The notes under the pieces: model-generated
The model's database searches: none
The model's input: only the letters and a program-made list of their open reading frames with translations
What the model was told of the DNA's origin: nothing
Program-made: the position numbers and the translations under genes
Shown: positions 19,237 through 29,606 of the stretch, piece after piece
How positions within the stretch are numbered: position 1 is the stretch's first letter
How the letters are laid out: each line of letters starts with the position of its first letter
DNA from: Thermoleophilia bacterium
GTDB taxonomy: Bacteria; Actinomycetota; Thermoleophilia; BMS3ABIN01
Assembly (NCBI GenBank): GCA_030650885.1
Contig: JAUSDE010000014.1
Location: 1-35,326, forward strand
Length of the DNA: 35,326 nucleotides
Direction: 5' to 3'

Positions 19237-20733
19237 ATGGAGGATGCTATCAATACCAGCCGCAACCGGTATATTGCCCTTTCCGTGCTCTGCGCCGGCA
19301 TATTCCTGGCAGCTATAGATCAGACAGTTGTGGTGACTGTGCTGCCGCGTATCATCGATGACCTCGAAGGAGGCTTCAGCCCTGCCGGTGTGGAACGTGC
19401 CGGGTGGATCATCACCGCTTACCTGTTCGGCTTCGCGGTCGTGCTGCCGCTGATGGGGCGCGTGGCGGATCTCTACGGCCATCGACGGACTTACGGGCTG
19501 GCGATGGTTATCTTCGCCCTTGGCTCTTTGCTCTGCGCGTTCAGCGACAGCCTTTACGCACTTGTGGGTTTTCGGGCGCTGCAGGCGGTCGGCGGTGGCG
19601 CCATGGTTCCAATCGCGATGGCCGTGGTCGGCCACAATTTCCCTGCTGGCAAGCGAGCCCTGGCTCTAGGCATCATCGGCGCATCCGGGGAAGCAGGCGG
19701 AGTGCTTGGTCCGCTATACGGTTCATTAATCGGCCAGTACATCGGCTGGCGCGCTATTTTCTATCTTAACATCCCCCTGGTGCTGGTGATCGTCTGGTTG
19801 TTATGGCGATACGTGGATGAGAGCAAAAGGTATAAGGTCGCCATCGATTACAGAAGCGCCGCACTGATGGCCCTGGGGTTGGGACTCACTACCCTTGGCG
19901 TCTCAGGAGGCCGGGAGGCGGGATGGTATGGCTTCGGTTTGCCGCTTGTGGGCTTGGGCCTGGCTTTGATCATTGCATTTATCTTCAGCGACCTGCGTTC
20001 GGAGCACCCTCTGGTGAATTTTCAGCTTTTCTCCAACCGATCATTCGCTTCGGCGAATATCGCCCATTTCCTGGTGGGGATCGCGCTGATCACTGCTCTG
20101 GTGCAGGTGCCATCCTTCGCATATAGCTCCGGCTGGCCCGCGTCCTCCTATAGCGATCCGATGACCGGAGGCCTGCTGCTGATCCGGCTGACACTGATGA
20201 TCCCGGCAGGAGCGATCGTCGGCGGGCTTCTTTGCGGCCGTGTGGGCGGACGGCTGCCGGCGGTTTTCGGTTTTGTTCTCTCGGCGTTCGGCCTTTGGCG
20301 GATGAGCCTCTGGGATGCCGATGTCGGAGCTATGAGGCAGACCCTGGACCTGCTGATAGCGGGGTTCGGATTCGGCCTGGTGATCGCCCCGATTAGCCTG
20401 GCAGTTGTGAATTCGGTCAAGCGCCGCAGGATGGCTTCAGCGTCAGCAGTGCTTACCACCAGCCGGATCATCGGCATGATGGTCGGCCTGGCGGCTCTCA
20501 ACAGCTGGGGAATCAGCAAATTTCAACAGGCCCAGGAAGCGGATCCGGCACCGGTACCGCGCCGCGGTATGAGCGTCACAGAATACCTGGAAGAACTGAA
20601 GTTATGGGAGCACCACAGCGTTGAAACGATCCTTGGGGTTCTCAGCGATTTCTTTCTGATCGCGGCGGTCGTCTGCGTGATCGCTATCATCCCGTCACTG
20701 CTGCTTTTCCGGAAAGACAGTGAACCGTACTAG
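19237..20733 (+). CDS. MFS drug:H+ antiporter (DHA2-like)
   Basis: FLAAIDQTVV, WIITAYL, GRVADLYGHRR, FRALQAVGGG, GWRAIFYLNIP. The start is uncertain (19177-19237). Confidence 0.9.
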   Translation: MEDAINTSRNRYIALSVLCAGIFLAAIDQTVVVTVLPRIIDDLEGGFSPAGVERAGWIITAYLFGFAVVLPLMGRVADLYGHRRTYGLAMVIFALGSLLCAFSDSLYALVGFRALQAVGGGAMVPIAMAVVGHNFPAGKRALALGIIGASGEAGGVLGPLYGSLIGQYIGWRAIFYLNIPLVLVIVWLLWRYVDESKRYKVAIDYRSAALMALGLGLTTLGVSGGREAGWYGFGLPLVGLGLALIIAFIFSDLRSEHPLVNFQLFSNRSFASANIAHFLVGIALITALVQVPSFAYSSGWPASSYSDPMTGGLLLIRLTLMIPAGAIVGGLLCGRVGGRLPAVFGFVLSAFGLWRMSLWDADVGAMRQTLDLLIAGFGFGLVIAPISLAVVNSVKRRRMASASAVLTTSRIIGMMVGLAALNSWGISKFQQAQEADPAPVPRRGMSVTEYLEELKLWEHHSVETILGVLSDFFLIAAVVCVIAIIPSLLLFRKDSEPY

Positions 20734-21362
20734 GGCTTGGTGATATCCACTACTATTCTTCCAGGCGAACCCAGACCGGCAAGTGAATATGTGGATGGCG
20801 ACGCCAGCTCGATGGAATATGCAAGTGACTGGTCATCGCTTTGCTGAAGCCGCTTGAGCGTTGTTACCACCGGATCTCCCAGATCAAGTGAGCTGGAAGT
20901 TACGCTCTCATTTGTGCCGATGGACCTGATTCCGCCGAGAACTACTTTTATCTGTGTGCCGTCGGCTGACATGGTGGCATCGGCATGCGGGACCTGCAGT
21001 ACCTGATCTCCTTCAGGAGTCCCCATCTCGAAGACGATGCGATAATAGGTGCCGTGATCGGACCATCTAATATCACGAAGCTGCAGACCATCAACCAGGG
21101 TCCCAACTGACTGGCTTCCCGTAAGTCCGGCACCATAGGGTGACGGCTGCTCCTCGGGTACAGTCTGGGTCTGATCAGCTGCGATGAAGGGTACCGGCGC
21201 CTCCACGGGGGTTGTCAAAGTCGTGATACTGCCACCGGCTGCATTTGTGTTTGCGTCGCTGGATGATTCATCACCACAGCCACCCATGAACGTCAGCGAC
21301 TGCAGCGCAATCAAAATAAGCGCAGCGGCAGCCACGAGCATACGAATCCTTGTCAGTCGCAT
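20730..21362 (-). CDS. Lipoprotein with AMIN-like C-terminal domain
   Basis: RBS GGAGG, signal peptide with GGC lipobox, Thr/Pro-rich linker, DIRWSDHGTYYRIVFE ... LGSPGRIVVDI. Confidence 0.75.
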   Translation of the reverse strand: MRLTRIRMLVAAAALILIALQSLTFMGGCGDESSSDANTNAAGGSITTLTTPVEAPVPFIAADQTQTVPEEQPSPYGAGLTGSQSVGTLVDGLQLRDIRWSDHGTYYRIVFEMGTPEGDQVLQVPHADATMSADGTQIKVVLGGIRSIGTNESVTSSSLDLGDPVVTTLKRLQQSDDQSLAYSIELASPSTYSLAGLGSPGRIVVDITKP

Positions 21363-21401
21363 CGCGCTCCTCCGAATGGGGCAAGTGAGGAAATCTGCAG
21401 A

Positions 21402-21553
21402 AGTCCCAAGGAACCTTCGGAAAAATCATTCCCCATCGCGAATGGGAAAGCCCTGGCTGGCTCCGTAATACGCGGGCTCATGGCGCCGCGTTTCCGTACC
21501 AGGGAAGTCTCCCGGAGTAACCCGGGATTGCCATCGTCCGATTCCTTGGGACC
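21402..21553 (-). ncRNA. Candidate structured ncRNA, copy 1 (152 nt; family unknown)
   Basis: Terminal 11-bp stem GTCCCAAGGAA/TTCCTTGGGAC, nested stems CCCTGG/CCAGGG and ACGCGG/CCGCGT, two side hairpins. It starts 7 nt after a -10 box and has a paralog at 21664-21804. Confidence 0.75.
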
Positions 21554-21560
21554 ATCAATG

Positions 21561-21589
21561 ATTCTAGTCCACCAGAAATGCATCGGCAA
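21561..21589 (-). promoter_or_regulatory. sigma70-type promoter of ncRNA copy 1
   Basis: TTGCCG-17 nt-TAGAAT-7 nt-GGTCCCAAG. Confidence 0.75.
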
Positions 21590-21663
21590 TAGCATCTGCC
21601 GCAGATTCAAAGATTTTCAGCGGAATTTGCGAGGATTTTCTCAGGTGCTTCCGGGCATAGAAA

Positions 21664-21804
21664 AGTCCCAAGAAACCTTCTTTGCCTGCCTTCTCAGAGC
21701 CTGCTTCACCTGATTTCCCCGTACTTTGCGGCTTTTTACTTCCGCATTTCCTCTATCAGGCTTCTTTGCAGTTCTCCAGCGAGCCTTTCCGACTTCTTGG
21801 GACC
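21664..21804 (-). ncRNA. Candidate structured ncRNA, copy 2 (141 nt; family unknown)
   Basis: Terminal stem GTCCCAAGAA/TTCTTGGGAC, nested CCTGAT/ATCAGG and TGCGG/CCGCA, followed by a short T run. It starts 7 nt after TATAAT. Confidence 0.75.
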
Positions 21805-21811
21805 TATATAT

Positions 21812-21839
21812 ATTATAAACCTATCCCTCAGGATAGCAA
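21812..21839 (-). promoter_or_regulatory. sigma70-type promoter of ncRNA copy 2
   Basis: TTGCTA-16 nt-TATAAT-7 nt-GGTCCCAAG. Confidence 0.75.
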
Positions 21840-21956
21840 GGTAATCCGCTAGGGGTTTTTACTGAAATTACTGGATTTTGCGGCTTTTTTGTTTCGGTTG
21901 GAATGGCTGGTGGTAGGTATCGTCAACTCCATTTAACCACCAGGGAAGGATGCCTG

Positions 21957-23267
21957 ATGAGCCGATTCTCGTCGACAGCTGTTATGACGCTGCTCTTGTA
22001 TCTGATGTCATTTTCGATGGCAGCCTGCGGGGATTCGGGACCCTCATCAACAGCTGCGGAAACCGCCGTAACCTCGACTTCAGAAATAAAGCCCTTGTTT
22101 AAATCTACCGATTTCACTGACCCGTCGACCTGCGGTAGCTGTCATAGCGATATTTTCGCCCAGTGGCAGGGCTCTATGCATAACAACGCATTCCAGGACA
22201 AGTTTTACCTGAAGATGCATGATGAAGCCAGTAAAGATACGAACGGAGCTGTGGATGCCTATTGCACGTTTTGTCACACCCCGATAGGCACGATGTCCGG
22301 TGAGGTGCCCCCGACATCCGGTCCCCAGATCAGCGAAATCTCGAAGAAGGGCGTTCAGTGCGATCTCTGTCACACGGTAACGAGCGCGAATTTTACTTTC
22401 GCGCCCAGCAAGATAAAACAGGGGCCTTTCACGGACTCCATCTCCACCTTCCATGAGACTGCATATAACGAGCTGTTTACCAAGTCGGAATTCTGCGGCA
22501 TGTGCCACGACGTCAACCATCCGGATAATAATCTTGCCCTTGAAGCCACCTATACGGAATGGAAATCGAGCCCGTATGCAGCCCAGGGAATCCAGTGCCA
22601 GGATTGCCATATGACACCAGGCCCGGGCGTCACCAAACCGAACCCCGGGAAGGCGGCGACTGGAGGCCCCGAGCGGACTCATATCTATACTCACCAGTTC
22701 GTAGGTGGCAATGCCACCTCGCTGGCGTCGCCCGAACATCAGAAGCTGGCAGTCGCACAGTTACAGGCTGCGGCAAGCCTGTCGATCTCTTCGCCCCCAA
22801 GCGTTGTTCCGGGAGGCGACATGGAGTTGCAGGTGACCGTGAACAACAGGGGAGCCGGGCATTACCTGCCGACCGGTCTGACAGAGGTCAGGGAGATGTG
22901 GCTGGATATTGATATTACCGATGCGAACGGCAAGACAATATACCGTTCTGGCGCTGTTGGGGAGAACGGCTCTGTGGATCCGAAGGCTGTCATGTATCAG
23001 ACGCTGTTCAGTGACAAGGACGGCCAGCCGACCCACAAGCCGTGGCTGGCCGTGGCGACCCTTTCCGACAATCGGATTCCGCCCATGGGCAGCGCGACTG
23101 AAAAATACAGCGTTACCGTGCCTGCCGGCACATCGATGCCGCTGACTGTCAAAGCCGGTTTGCGCTATCGCACAGCTTCGCAATCATTTGTGGACGAGTT
23201 GATGGGAGTGGACGCAGTCGAAATGCCGGTCATCGACATGGCAAACGCGACAGCCGAGGCGAAGTAA
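21957..23267 (+). CDS. Pentaheme c-type cytochrome lipoprotein with C-terminal beta-sandwich
   Basis: Lipobox MAAC; five CxxCH motifs (CGSCH, CTFCH, CDLCH, CGMCH, CQDCH); WQGSMH, GAGHYLPTG, DNRIPP. ATG 21957 behind GGAAGGA. Confidence 0.9.
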   Translation: MSRFSSTAVMTLLLYLMSFSMAACGDSGPSSTAAETAVTSTSEIKPLFKSTDFTDPSTCGSCHSDIFAQWQGSMHNNAFQDKFYLKMHDEASKDTNGAVDAYCTFCHTPIGTMSGEVPPTSGPQISEISKKGVQCDLCHTVTSANFTFAPSKIKQGPFTDSISTFHETAYNELFTKSEFCGMCHDVNHPDNNLALEATYTEWKSSPYAAQGIQCQDCHMTPGPGVTKPNPGKAATGGPERTHIYTHQFVGGNATSLASPEHQKLAVAQLQAAASLSISSPPSVVPGGDMELQVTVNNRGAGHYLPTGLTEVREMWLDIDITDANGKTIYRSGAVGENGSVDPKAVMYQTLFSDKDGQPTHKPWLAVATLSDNRIPPMGSATEKYSVTVPAGTSMPLTVKAGLRYRTASQSFVDELMGVDAVEMPVIDMANATAEAK

Positions 23268-23293
23268 CCGCCGGACGCTGTCAGGCCTGTTTT

Positions 23294-24475
23294 TCAGGCA
23301 TCCTGTAAAACGGCTATGCCGGGCAGCTCTTTACCTTCAAGGAATTCCATTGAGGCGCCGCCGCCTGTGGATACGTGGTCGAGGTTATCGGCGAGTCCGT
23401 AGCGATTGAGCGCGGCTACGGTATCGCCACCTCCGGAGACTGTAAGGGCATCGTCTGCATTGGCCACCGCGGAGGCGACAGCACGGGTGCCGGATGAGAA
23501 TGGTTCCATCTCGAAGGCGCCCATCGGTCCGTTCCAGAAGATGGTACGCGCCATCTGGATCTCCCTGACATAATGAGCCGATGTGGCCGGGCCGATGTCG
23601 AGGCCCATCCAGCCTTCGGGTATCTGCTCGACGCGCACTATCTGCGCGTGGGCCTCAGCTGCAAATTCATCCGCTACCACCAGGTCGACCGGCAGCATAA
23701 TGCGGCATTTTGAACTTTTCGCTTTCTCAAGGGCCGCAGCGGCAACTCCGATGGCTTCTTCCTCAACCTTTGAAGCGCCGATATCGATGCCCTGAGCTTT
23801 CAGAAAACCGAAGCACATGGCGCCGCCGATGATGATGGCGTCAGCGAAATCCAGAAAACGGTCGATGACGCCGATCTTGTCCGACACCTTGACGCCACCG
23901 AGGATAGTCACGAACGGGTGCTTCGGATGCGCGATCAGGTGATTGAGCTGCAGCAGTTCGTTCTCGAGGAGAAATCCTGCCACTGAGGGTAGAAGAGCCG
24001 CAACTCCGGCGGTAGATGCGTGAGCCCGGTGAGCGGTGCCGAAGGCGTCGTTGACGAAGACGTCTGCGAGGCGCGCCAGAGCTGCTGCGAATTCCGGGTC
24101 GTTCTTCTTTTCTTCCGGATGAAAGCGGCTGTTCTCCAGAAGCGCCACGCCGCCGCTGGGAAGTTCGGCAAGCCTGGCCTCGACCTCGGGCCCGATGCAA
24201 TCGTTAAGTTTCATGACCTCCACACCTAACAGATCAGAGAGACGAGCCGCTATCGGGTCCATCCGCAAAGCATCGTCGGGACCATCCTTGGGCCTTCCCA
24301 GATGAGAGATAAGGATGACCCTGCTCCCGGCCTGCCGCAGGTAATTGATAGTGCCCAAAGCCGCGCGAATGCGCGTGTCATCTACAACCGCGCCATTTTC
24401 CAGGGGAACATTGAAATCAACGCGCACAAGCACGCGCTTGCCGACGACATCTATTTCTTTGACAGTCTTTTTCAT
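23294..24475 (-). CDS. pgk: Phosphoglycerate kinase
   Basis: VLVRVDFNVP, SHLGRP, VNDAFGTAHRAHAS, WNGPMG, HVSTGGGAS. Start at MKKTVK (24475) behind AGGGGA. Confidence 0.97.
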   Translation of the reverse strand: MKKTVKEIDVVGKRVLVRVDFNVPLENGAVVDDTRIRAALGTINYLRQAGSRVILISHLGRPKDGPDDALRMDPIAARLSDLLGVEVMKLNDCIGPEVEARLAELPSGGVALLENSRFHPEEKKNDPEFAAALARLADVFVNDAFGTAHRAHASTAGVAALLPSVAGFLLENELLQLNHLIAHPKHPFVTILGGVKVSDKIGVIDRFLDFADAIIIGGAMCFGFLKAQGIDIGASKVEEEAIGVAAAALEKAKSSKCRIMLPVDLVVADEFAAEAHAQIVRVEQIPEGWMGLDIGPATSAHYVREIQMARTIFWNGPMGAFEMEPFSSGTRAVASAVANADDALTVSGGGDTVAALNRYGLADNLDHVSTGGGASMEFLEGKELPGIAVLQDA

Positions 24476-24669
24476 GGAGTCCCCTATAGTATGACGCGGA
24501 TCGGCGGCGCTGTTCAGCGGGCGGCCAGTAAAGTATCTAAAACCGGGATGAGATGTTTCCGACGAAGCGTCTTGTCGAAGACGCTTAAGCGAAGGAGGGA
24601 ACATCTCATCCCGGATTCTGCACAATCGTTCGCCAGGGTTGTATCGACCCCAGGTTCTGCGCTGATTGC

Positions 24670-25731
<1,062 letters not shown>

Positions 25732-25832
25732 TATAGCGGGGGTTTCGTAACCCGGAGGGCTGTTGAGGAGACTGCCTGACATGGTATGTGGCTGGACCGG
25801 TGAACAAAAGCGTGACGACTAAAGCAAAATGT

Positions 25833-26150
25833 TCAGCTGGCGGTGTTTCCATAACGAAAGATGCGCCAGACTGTTTTAAATACGTGTTTCCTGGGTGTAT
25901 TTTTAATTATCCCGGCAGTTTCCTTTCCGGCCAGATATGCGCCGAACAGCCCGATGATCGTTTGTATTGTCATGATGACCACAGTGACCACGGCTGTTAA
26001 CGATTCCTCGTTTGAAGGGTTGATGAGCGAAGCGATGTAGGGTGATAGCAGCCAGAAAGGCAGAAACCACAGCATCAGCATCATCACGCCGACGCGCAGT
26101 CGGAGCCTTGATTTGTCGGCTCCATTTTTTTGTGTCAGGTCTTCGGTGAT
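25833..26150 (-). CDS. Small two-TM membrane protein (start uncertain: GTG 26087 or ATC 26150)
   Basis: Two hydrophobic helices then LFGAYLAGKE and a basic tail. The frame stays open upstream to an ATC preceded by AGAAGGGA. Confidence 0.6.
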   Translation of the reverse strand: MTEDLTQKNGADKSRLRLRVGVMMLMLWFLPFWLLSPYIASLINPSNEESLTAVVTVVIMTIQTIIGLFGAYLAGKETAGIIKNTPRKHVFKTVWRIFRYGNTAS

Positions 26151-26193
26151 GAAAATCCCTTCTTTTCAGAAACTAGCTGGATTTAGACTCGAG

Positions 26194-27117
26194 TTACCCG
26201 TCCGCCAGGGCCACCAGCCGCCTCAATCTGTGGTTTACCGCCGACTTGCCCAGCGGCGGGTCGGCCATCTGACCGAGATCGGCGATAGTGGTCGAAGGAT
26301 GAGCCAGACGCAATTCGGCTATTTCGATAAGGCTACTGCTGAGCCTATCCCATCCACCACTCCGCTGCAGCTTCTCGATCGCGCTTATCTGTCTCGCGGC
26401 GGCGCGAGTGCAGCGAGCGGCGTTGGCCTGGTCACAGTTGGCGCGGCGGTTGGCTTCCTCGCGAATGCCGCTCATGACCGAGCGCTCCTCGAACTTGAGG
26501 GCAGCCTGATGACCACCGGTGGCGACCAGGAAATCTGTGATTGCTCCAAGGTTCTTGGAATAGACTGCCGGGTGGCGCTTTCGATGGGCCAGTGAAAGTC
26601 TGAGCCCCAGGCCGGCCGCCGCTTCGCGCACCGTTTCGAGGAAGGGCTCGCTGTCAGAATAGATCTCGAGGTGCGCAGAAGAACCCGGCTCGCTGACCGA
26701 GCCTGAAGCGATAAAAGCGCCGCGCAGGAACGAGGACTGGCAACAAGGTTTCCGGATGATCCGTAGCGGCAGCTTCTCCTGCAGCGACATGGAGTCTGAA
26801 AGCACACCGATCTCGTTGAGGAACTGCACCAGGCGAACCCCGCCTTCGATATGGACCTCATAGCGTTTATGTGGTCCAAGACGGCGCTCGTCGAGAACCC
26901 TGACTTCCAGAGGAAGGTCGAATGACCTCACCAGCGATACCGCAGTGCGGGCCGTGGCTGATAGGCCGAAGGAGGCGTGCAGGCCGTATTCACCCCGGGC
27001 TTTGATGTGGAAACTGCCAGCGGCGCGGAAGAGAGCGGCTAGCTCGGCCGTGCGGCAGCATTGGCGCTTGCGGGCGACGCGGTTGAGTTCCTGTTTTACC
27101 TCGGTGGTGAAAGACAT
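26194..27117 (-). CDS. whiA: DNA-binding protein WhiA
   Basis: MSFTTEVKQEL, FLRGAFIASGSVSEP, NRRANCDQAN, KSAVNHRLRRL; follows yvcK. Confidence 0.95.
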   Translation of the reverse strand: MSFTTEVKQELNRVARKRQCCRTAELAALFRAAGSFHIKARGEYGLHASFGLSATARTAVSLVRSFDLPLEVRVLDERRLGPHKRYEVHIEGGVRLVQFLNEIGVLSDSMSLQEKLPLRIIRKPCCQSSFLRGAFIASGSVSEPGSSAHLEIYSDSEPFLETVREAAAGLGLRLSLAHRKRHPAVYSKNLGAITDFLVATGGHQAALKFEERSVMSGIREEANRRANCDQANAARCTRAAARQISAIEKLQRSGGWDRLSSSLIEIAELRLAHPSTTIADLGQMADPPLGKSAVNHRLRRLVALADG

Positions 27118-27118
27118 T

Positions 27119-28075
27119 TCAAAGCAGCGACACGACCGCGGCCGCGAGTTTGTCACTGTCATGGCGGAAGTAGTTGCCGCCCGAGGCCACTCCATCGTAG
27201 ATGATGTTGACGCCAAAACTATCCAGGCGCTCCCGGTCGATCACGACCGGAAGCGCTCCCTTGTCCCGGTAGAATTCAATCAACGGCGCCGGCGGCTCGG
27301 CTGTGTTGACGATCATGTTGTTGACGATGCCGGGCTGAGTGTGCCGGACCAGCGCCTCCAGGTGATCTGCCGCCGAGAAACCCATGGTCTCGCCCGGCTG
27401 TGTCATCACATTACAGATGAAGACGCGGGGGCAATCGGCTCCTGCCACAGCTTCCGCGATCTCCCTGATCAGCAGGTTGGGAAGGATGCTGGTAAAAAGG
27501 CTGCCCGGTCCGGCGACGATGACGTCGGCCGCGGCGATAGCGTCGAGCACGGCGCTGGTGGGACGAGCGTCTTCCGGTTCCAGCCAGATATGGCTACAGC
27601 AGCGGTTGGAACCGGCGATGGCCGACTGCCCCTCGACCATCCTGCCGTTGTCGAGTTCAGCCTTGAGCCAGACCAGGTCCAGGGATGCCGGTAGCACCGT
27701 ACCGCGGGTCTTGAGGATCTTGCTGGAGAGGCGCACGGCTTCCTCGAAATCGTCCGTAACTTTCGTAAGCGCTGCGAGGAAAAGATTACCGAAGCTGTGC
27801 CCGGAAAGGGAGCCTTCCCCTTCCTCGAAACGGTACTGGAACAGGCGACCCATGAGCGATTCATCCTCGGCCAGGGCCACCAGGCAGTTGCGGATGTCGC
27901 CGGGAGGCAGAATGCCCATCTCGCGGCGCAGGCGGCCGGAGCTGCCGCCGTCGTCGGCGACGGTGACCACTGCGGTGAGGTTCGTTGTGAAATGCTTGAG
28001 CCCGCTGAGTAGCGTCGCCAGGCCGGTGCCGCCACCCATGACCACAATAGCCGGATTTCCCTCAGACTTTCCCAA
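27119..28075 (-). CDS. yvcK: Gluconeogenesis factor YvcK/CuvA (UDP-GlcNAc-binding)
   Basis: GGGTGL, VTVADDGGSSGRLR, PPGDIRNCL, GHSFGNL, GPGSLFTSI, RHDSDKLA. Confidence 0.95.
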   Translation of the reverse strand: MGKSEGNPAIVVMGGGTGLATLLSGLKHFTTNLTAVVTVADDGGSSGRLRREMGILPPGDIRNCLVALAEDESLMGRLFQYRFEEGEGSLSGHSFGNLFLAALTKVTDDFEEAVRLSSKILKTRGTVLPASLDLVWLKAELDNGRMVEGQSAIAGSNRCCSHIWLEPEDARPTSAVLDAIAAADVIVAGPGSLFTSILPNLLIREIAEAVAGADCPRVFICNVMTQPGETMGFSAADHLEALVRHTQPGIVNNMIVNTAEPPAPLIEFYRDKGALPVVIDRERLDSFGVNIIYDGVASGGNYFRHDSDKLAAAVVSLL

Positions 28076-28940
28076 TATCCCGATGCCTGGTGATCACGTT
28101 GTAGTTGTATTTTTTATTCCGGTAGCGCTTTGCCAGCCACTCGGCGATGGCCACTGAACGGTGGCGTCCACCGGTGCAGCCGATGCCGATGACCAGGTTC
28201 GATTTTCCTTCGGCCACATATCGCGGCAGCAGGTAGTCAAGTAGCGGCGTCAGCCGGTCAAAGAACTCTTTGGCTTCTTTCTTCTGAACGACATAGTGGC
28301 TGACGGCAGCGTCGAGGCCAGAAAGCGGCTTGAGCTCCGGCTCGAAGTGAGGGTTCGGCAGGAAGCGGACATCGAAGACCAGGTCGGCGTCCAGCGGTGT
28401 GCCGTACTTGAATCCGAAAGAGACAAAGGTGACGATGAACTCGCCGGAGCCCTCGGGCACGACATCCTTGACGATGTCCGCCCGGAGTTCATGGATATTA
28501 AGCTCGCTGGTGTCGATGGCCCAGTCGGCCCGCTCTTTGAGTGCCGAAAGCATCTCCCGCTCGCGGCGGATGCCCTCGGGGATATCGCCCGACGCCGACA
28601 GCGGATGCGGCCGGCGCGTCTCCTTGAAGCGGCGCAACAGTACCTCGTCGGATGCCTCCATGTAAAGCAGGCGATAGCTGATGCCCTTCTTGTCCAGCTC
28701 ATTGAGACAGCCGTCGATCTCATCGAAATATTTGCCGCCGCGGACGTCACTGACCACGGCCACGCGCCGGACCTTGCTGCCTTCGAGAGCAAAAAGATCT
28801 GCGGCGGCAGGGATCATCTGGGGCGGCAGGTTATCGATGCAGAAGAAACCGGCGTCCTCAAACGCGGCCATGGCGTGGGACTTGCCCGCGCCGGAGAGGC
28901 CGGTGATGATGGTGAATTCTATTTGGTGGTCTGTTTCCAT
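28062..28940 (-). CDS. rapZ: RNase adapter RapZ
   Basis: ITGLSGAGKS, CIDNLP, RRFKETRRPHPL, SFGFKYG, DVRFLPNP, GCTGGRHRSV. Confidence 0.96.
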   Translation of the reverse strand: METDHQIEFTIITGLSGAGKSHAMAAFEDAGFFCIDNLPPQMIPAAADLFALEGSKVRRVAVVSDVRGGKYFDEIDGCLNELDKKGISYRLLYMEASDEVLLRRFKETRRPHPLSASGDIPEGIRREREMLSALKERADWAIDTSELNIHELRADIVKDVVPEGSGEFIVTFVSFGFKYGTPLDADLVFDVRFLPNPHFEPELKPLSGLDAAVSHYVVQKKEAKEFFDRLTPLLDYLLPRYVAEGKSNLVIGIGCTGGRHRSVAIAEWLAKRYRNKKYNYNVITRHRDIGKV

Positions 28941-29027
28941 GATGTTGGTGGCCGTATCGGCCGCGCTTCTATCATTCTGGAGTCTATTGGATTAGCTCGC
29001 ATCGCGGAAGGGCAAGCGCTCATCAAC

Positions 29028-29606
29028 TCACTCCGAAAAAGGCAGGCCTTCGAGACTCAGCAGCCTGGCCTTCCATCCGCGGCCCGCGGAGAACTTTCCC
29101 AGACTGCCGTCGCTTCTAACCACGCGATGGCAGGGGATGATCACCGGATAGGGATTCGCCGCCATGCAGTTGCCCACGGCTCGGCTGGCCCGGGGATGTC
29201 CGGCGACCATCGCCAGTTCTGCGTAGCTGATGGTCGTGCCATAGCGGACAGCGGCCAGTGCGTCGGCAACGCGGGACTGGAAAAGTTTCCATCCTGTGCG
29301 GTCGATCGGTATCTTGCGCAGGTCGAAGGCCGTTTTCTTCCCGGCGAAATAGTTTTCGAGCTGGCGAACGAGCTTTTTCTCGGCTGTGGTTCGCGGGATA
29401 TCCGAGTCCAGGCCTGCAGATGATATACGGGCCGACGATGATTCATGTTTTGATGTTATCAGGGTGAAAGATGAAAAAAGATTGTCCGCCACTTTTGACC
29501 CCGGAAGGCCATGGGCGATCAACAGCTCCCCGCGCCAAACAAGAACTCCTGGCCCATACGGGCTCTTATATGTAATCCGCCGGAGTCTGTCCGAATTTGT
29601 GGACAA
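29028..29606 (-). CDS. ogt: Methylated-DNA-protein-cysteine methyltransferase
   Basis: YGTTISYAELA, SRAVG, IIPCHRVV. TTG start at 29606 behind GGAGGTG, overlapping the end of uvrC. Confidence 0.92.
   Translation of the reverse strand: MSTNSDRLRRITYKSPYGPGVLVWRGELLIAHGLPGSKVADNLFSSFTLITSKHESSSARISSAGLDSDIPRTTAEKKLVRQLENYFAGKKTAFDLRKIPIDRTGWKLFQSRVADALAAVRYGTTISYAELAMVAGHPRASRAVGNCMAANPYPVIIPCHRVVRSDGSLGKFSAGRGWKARLLSLEGLPFSE

Noticed and set aside
21402-21553. Cobalamin, c-di-AMP (ydaO) or lysine riboswitch for the lipoprotein gene
   Set aside because: The consensus elements are not recognisable, and a paralog with its own promoter sits upstream without an attached ORF.
21353-21713. 85-aa and 77-aa ORFs overlapping the ncRNA pair
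   Set aside because: No RBS or protein-like features; promoter positions and covariation favour RNA genes.
21402-21804. CRISPR array or IS terminal repeats
   Set aside because: Only two units, each internally base-paired and promoter-led; no cas or transposase gene nearby and no regular repeat-spacer period.
28296-29423. 375-aa plus-strand ORF and the many similar antisense ORFs over opp, the STAND genes, gap, yvcK, uvrC and coaBC
   Set aside because: These are shadows of GC-rich conserved genes on the opposite strand or another frame, with no recognisable motifs.
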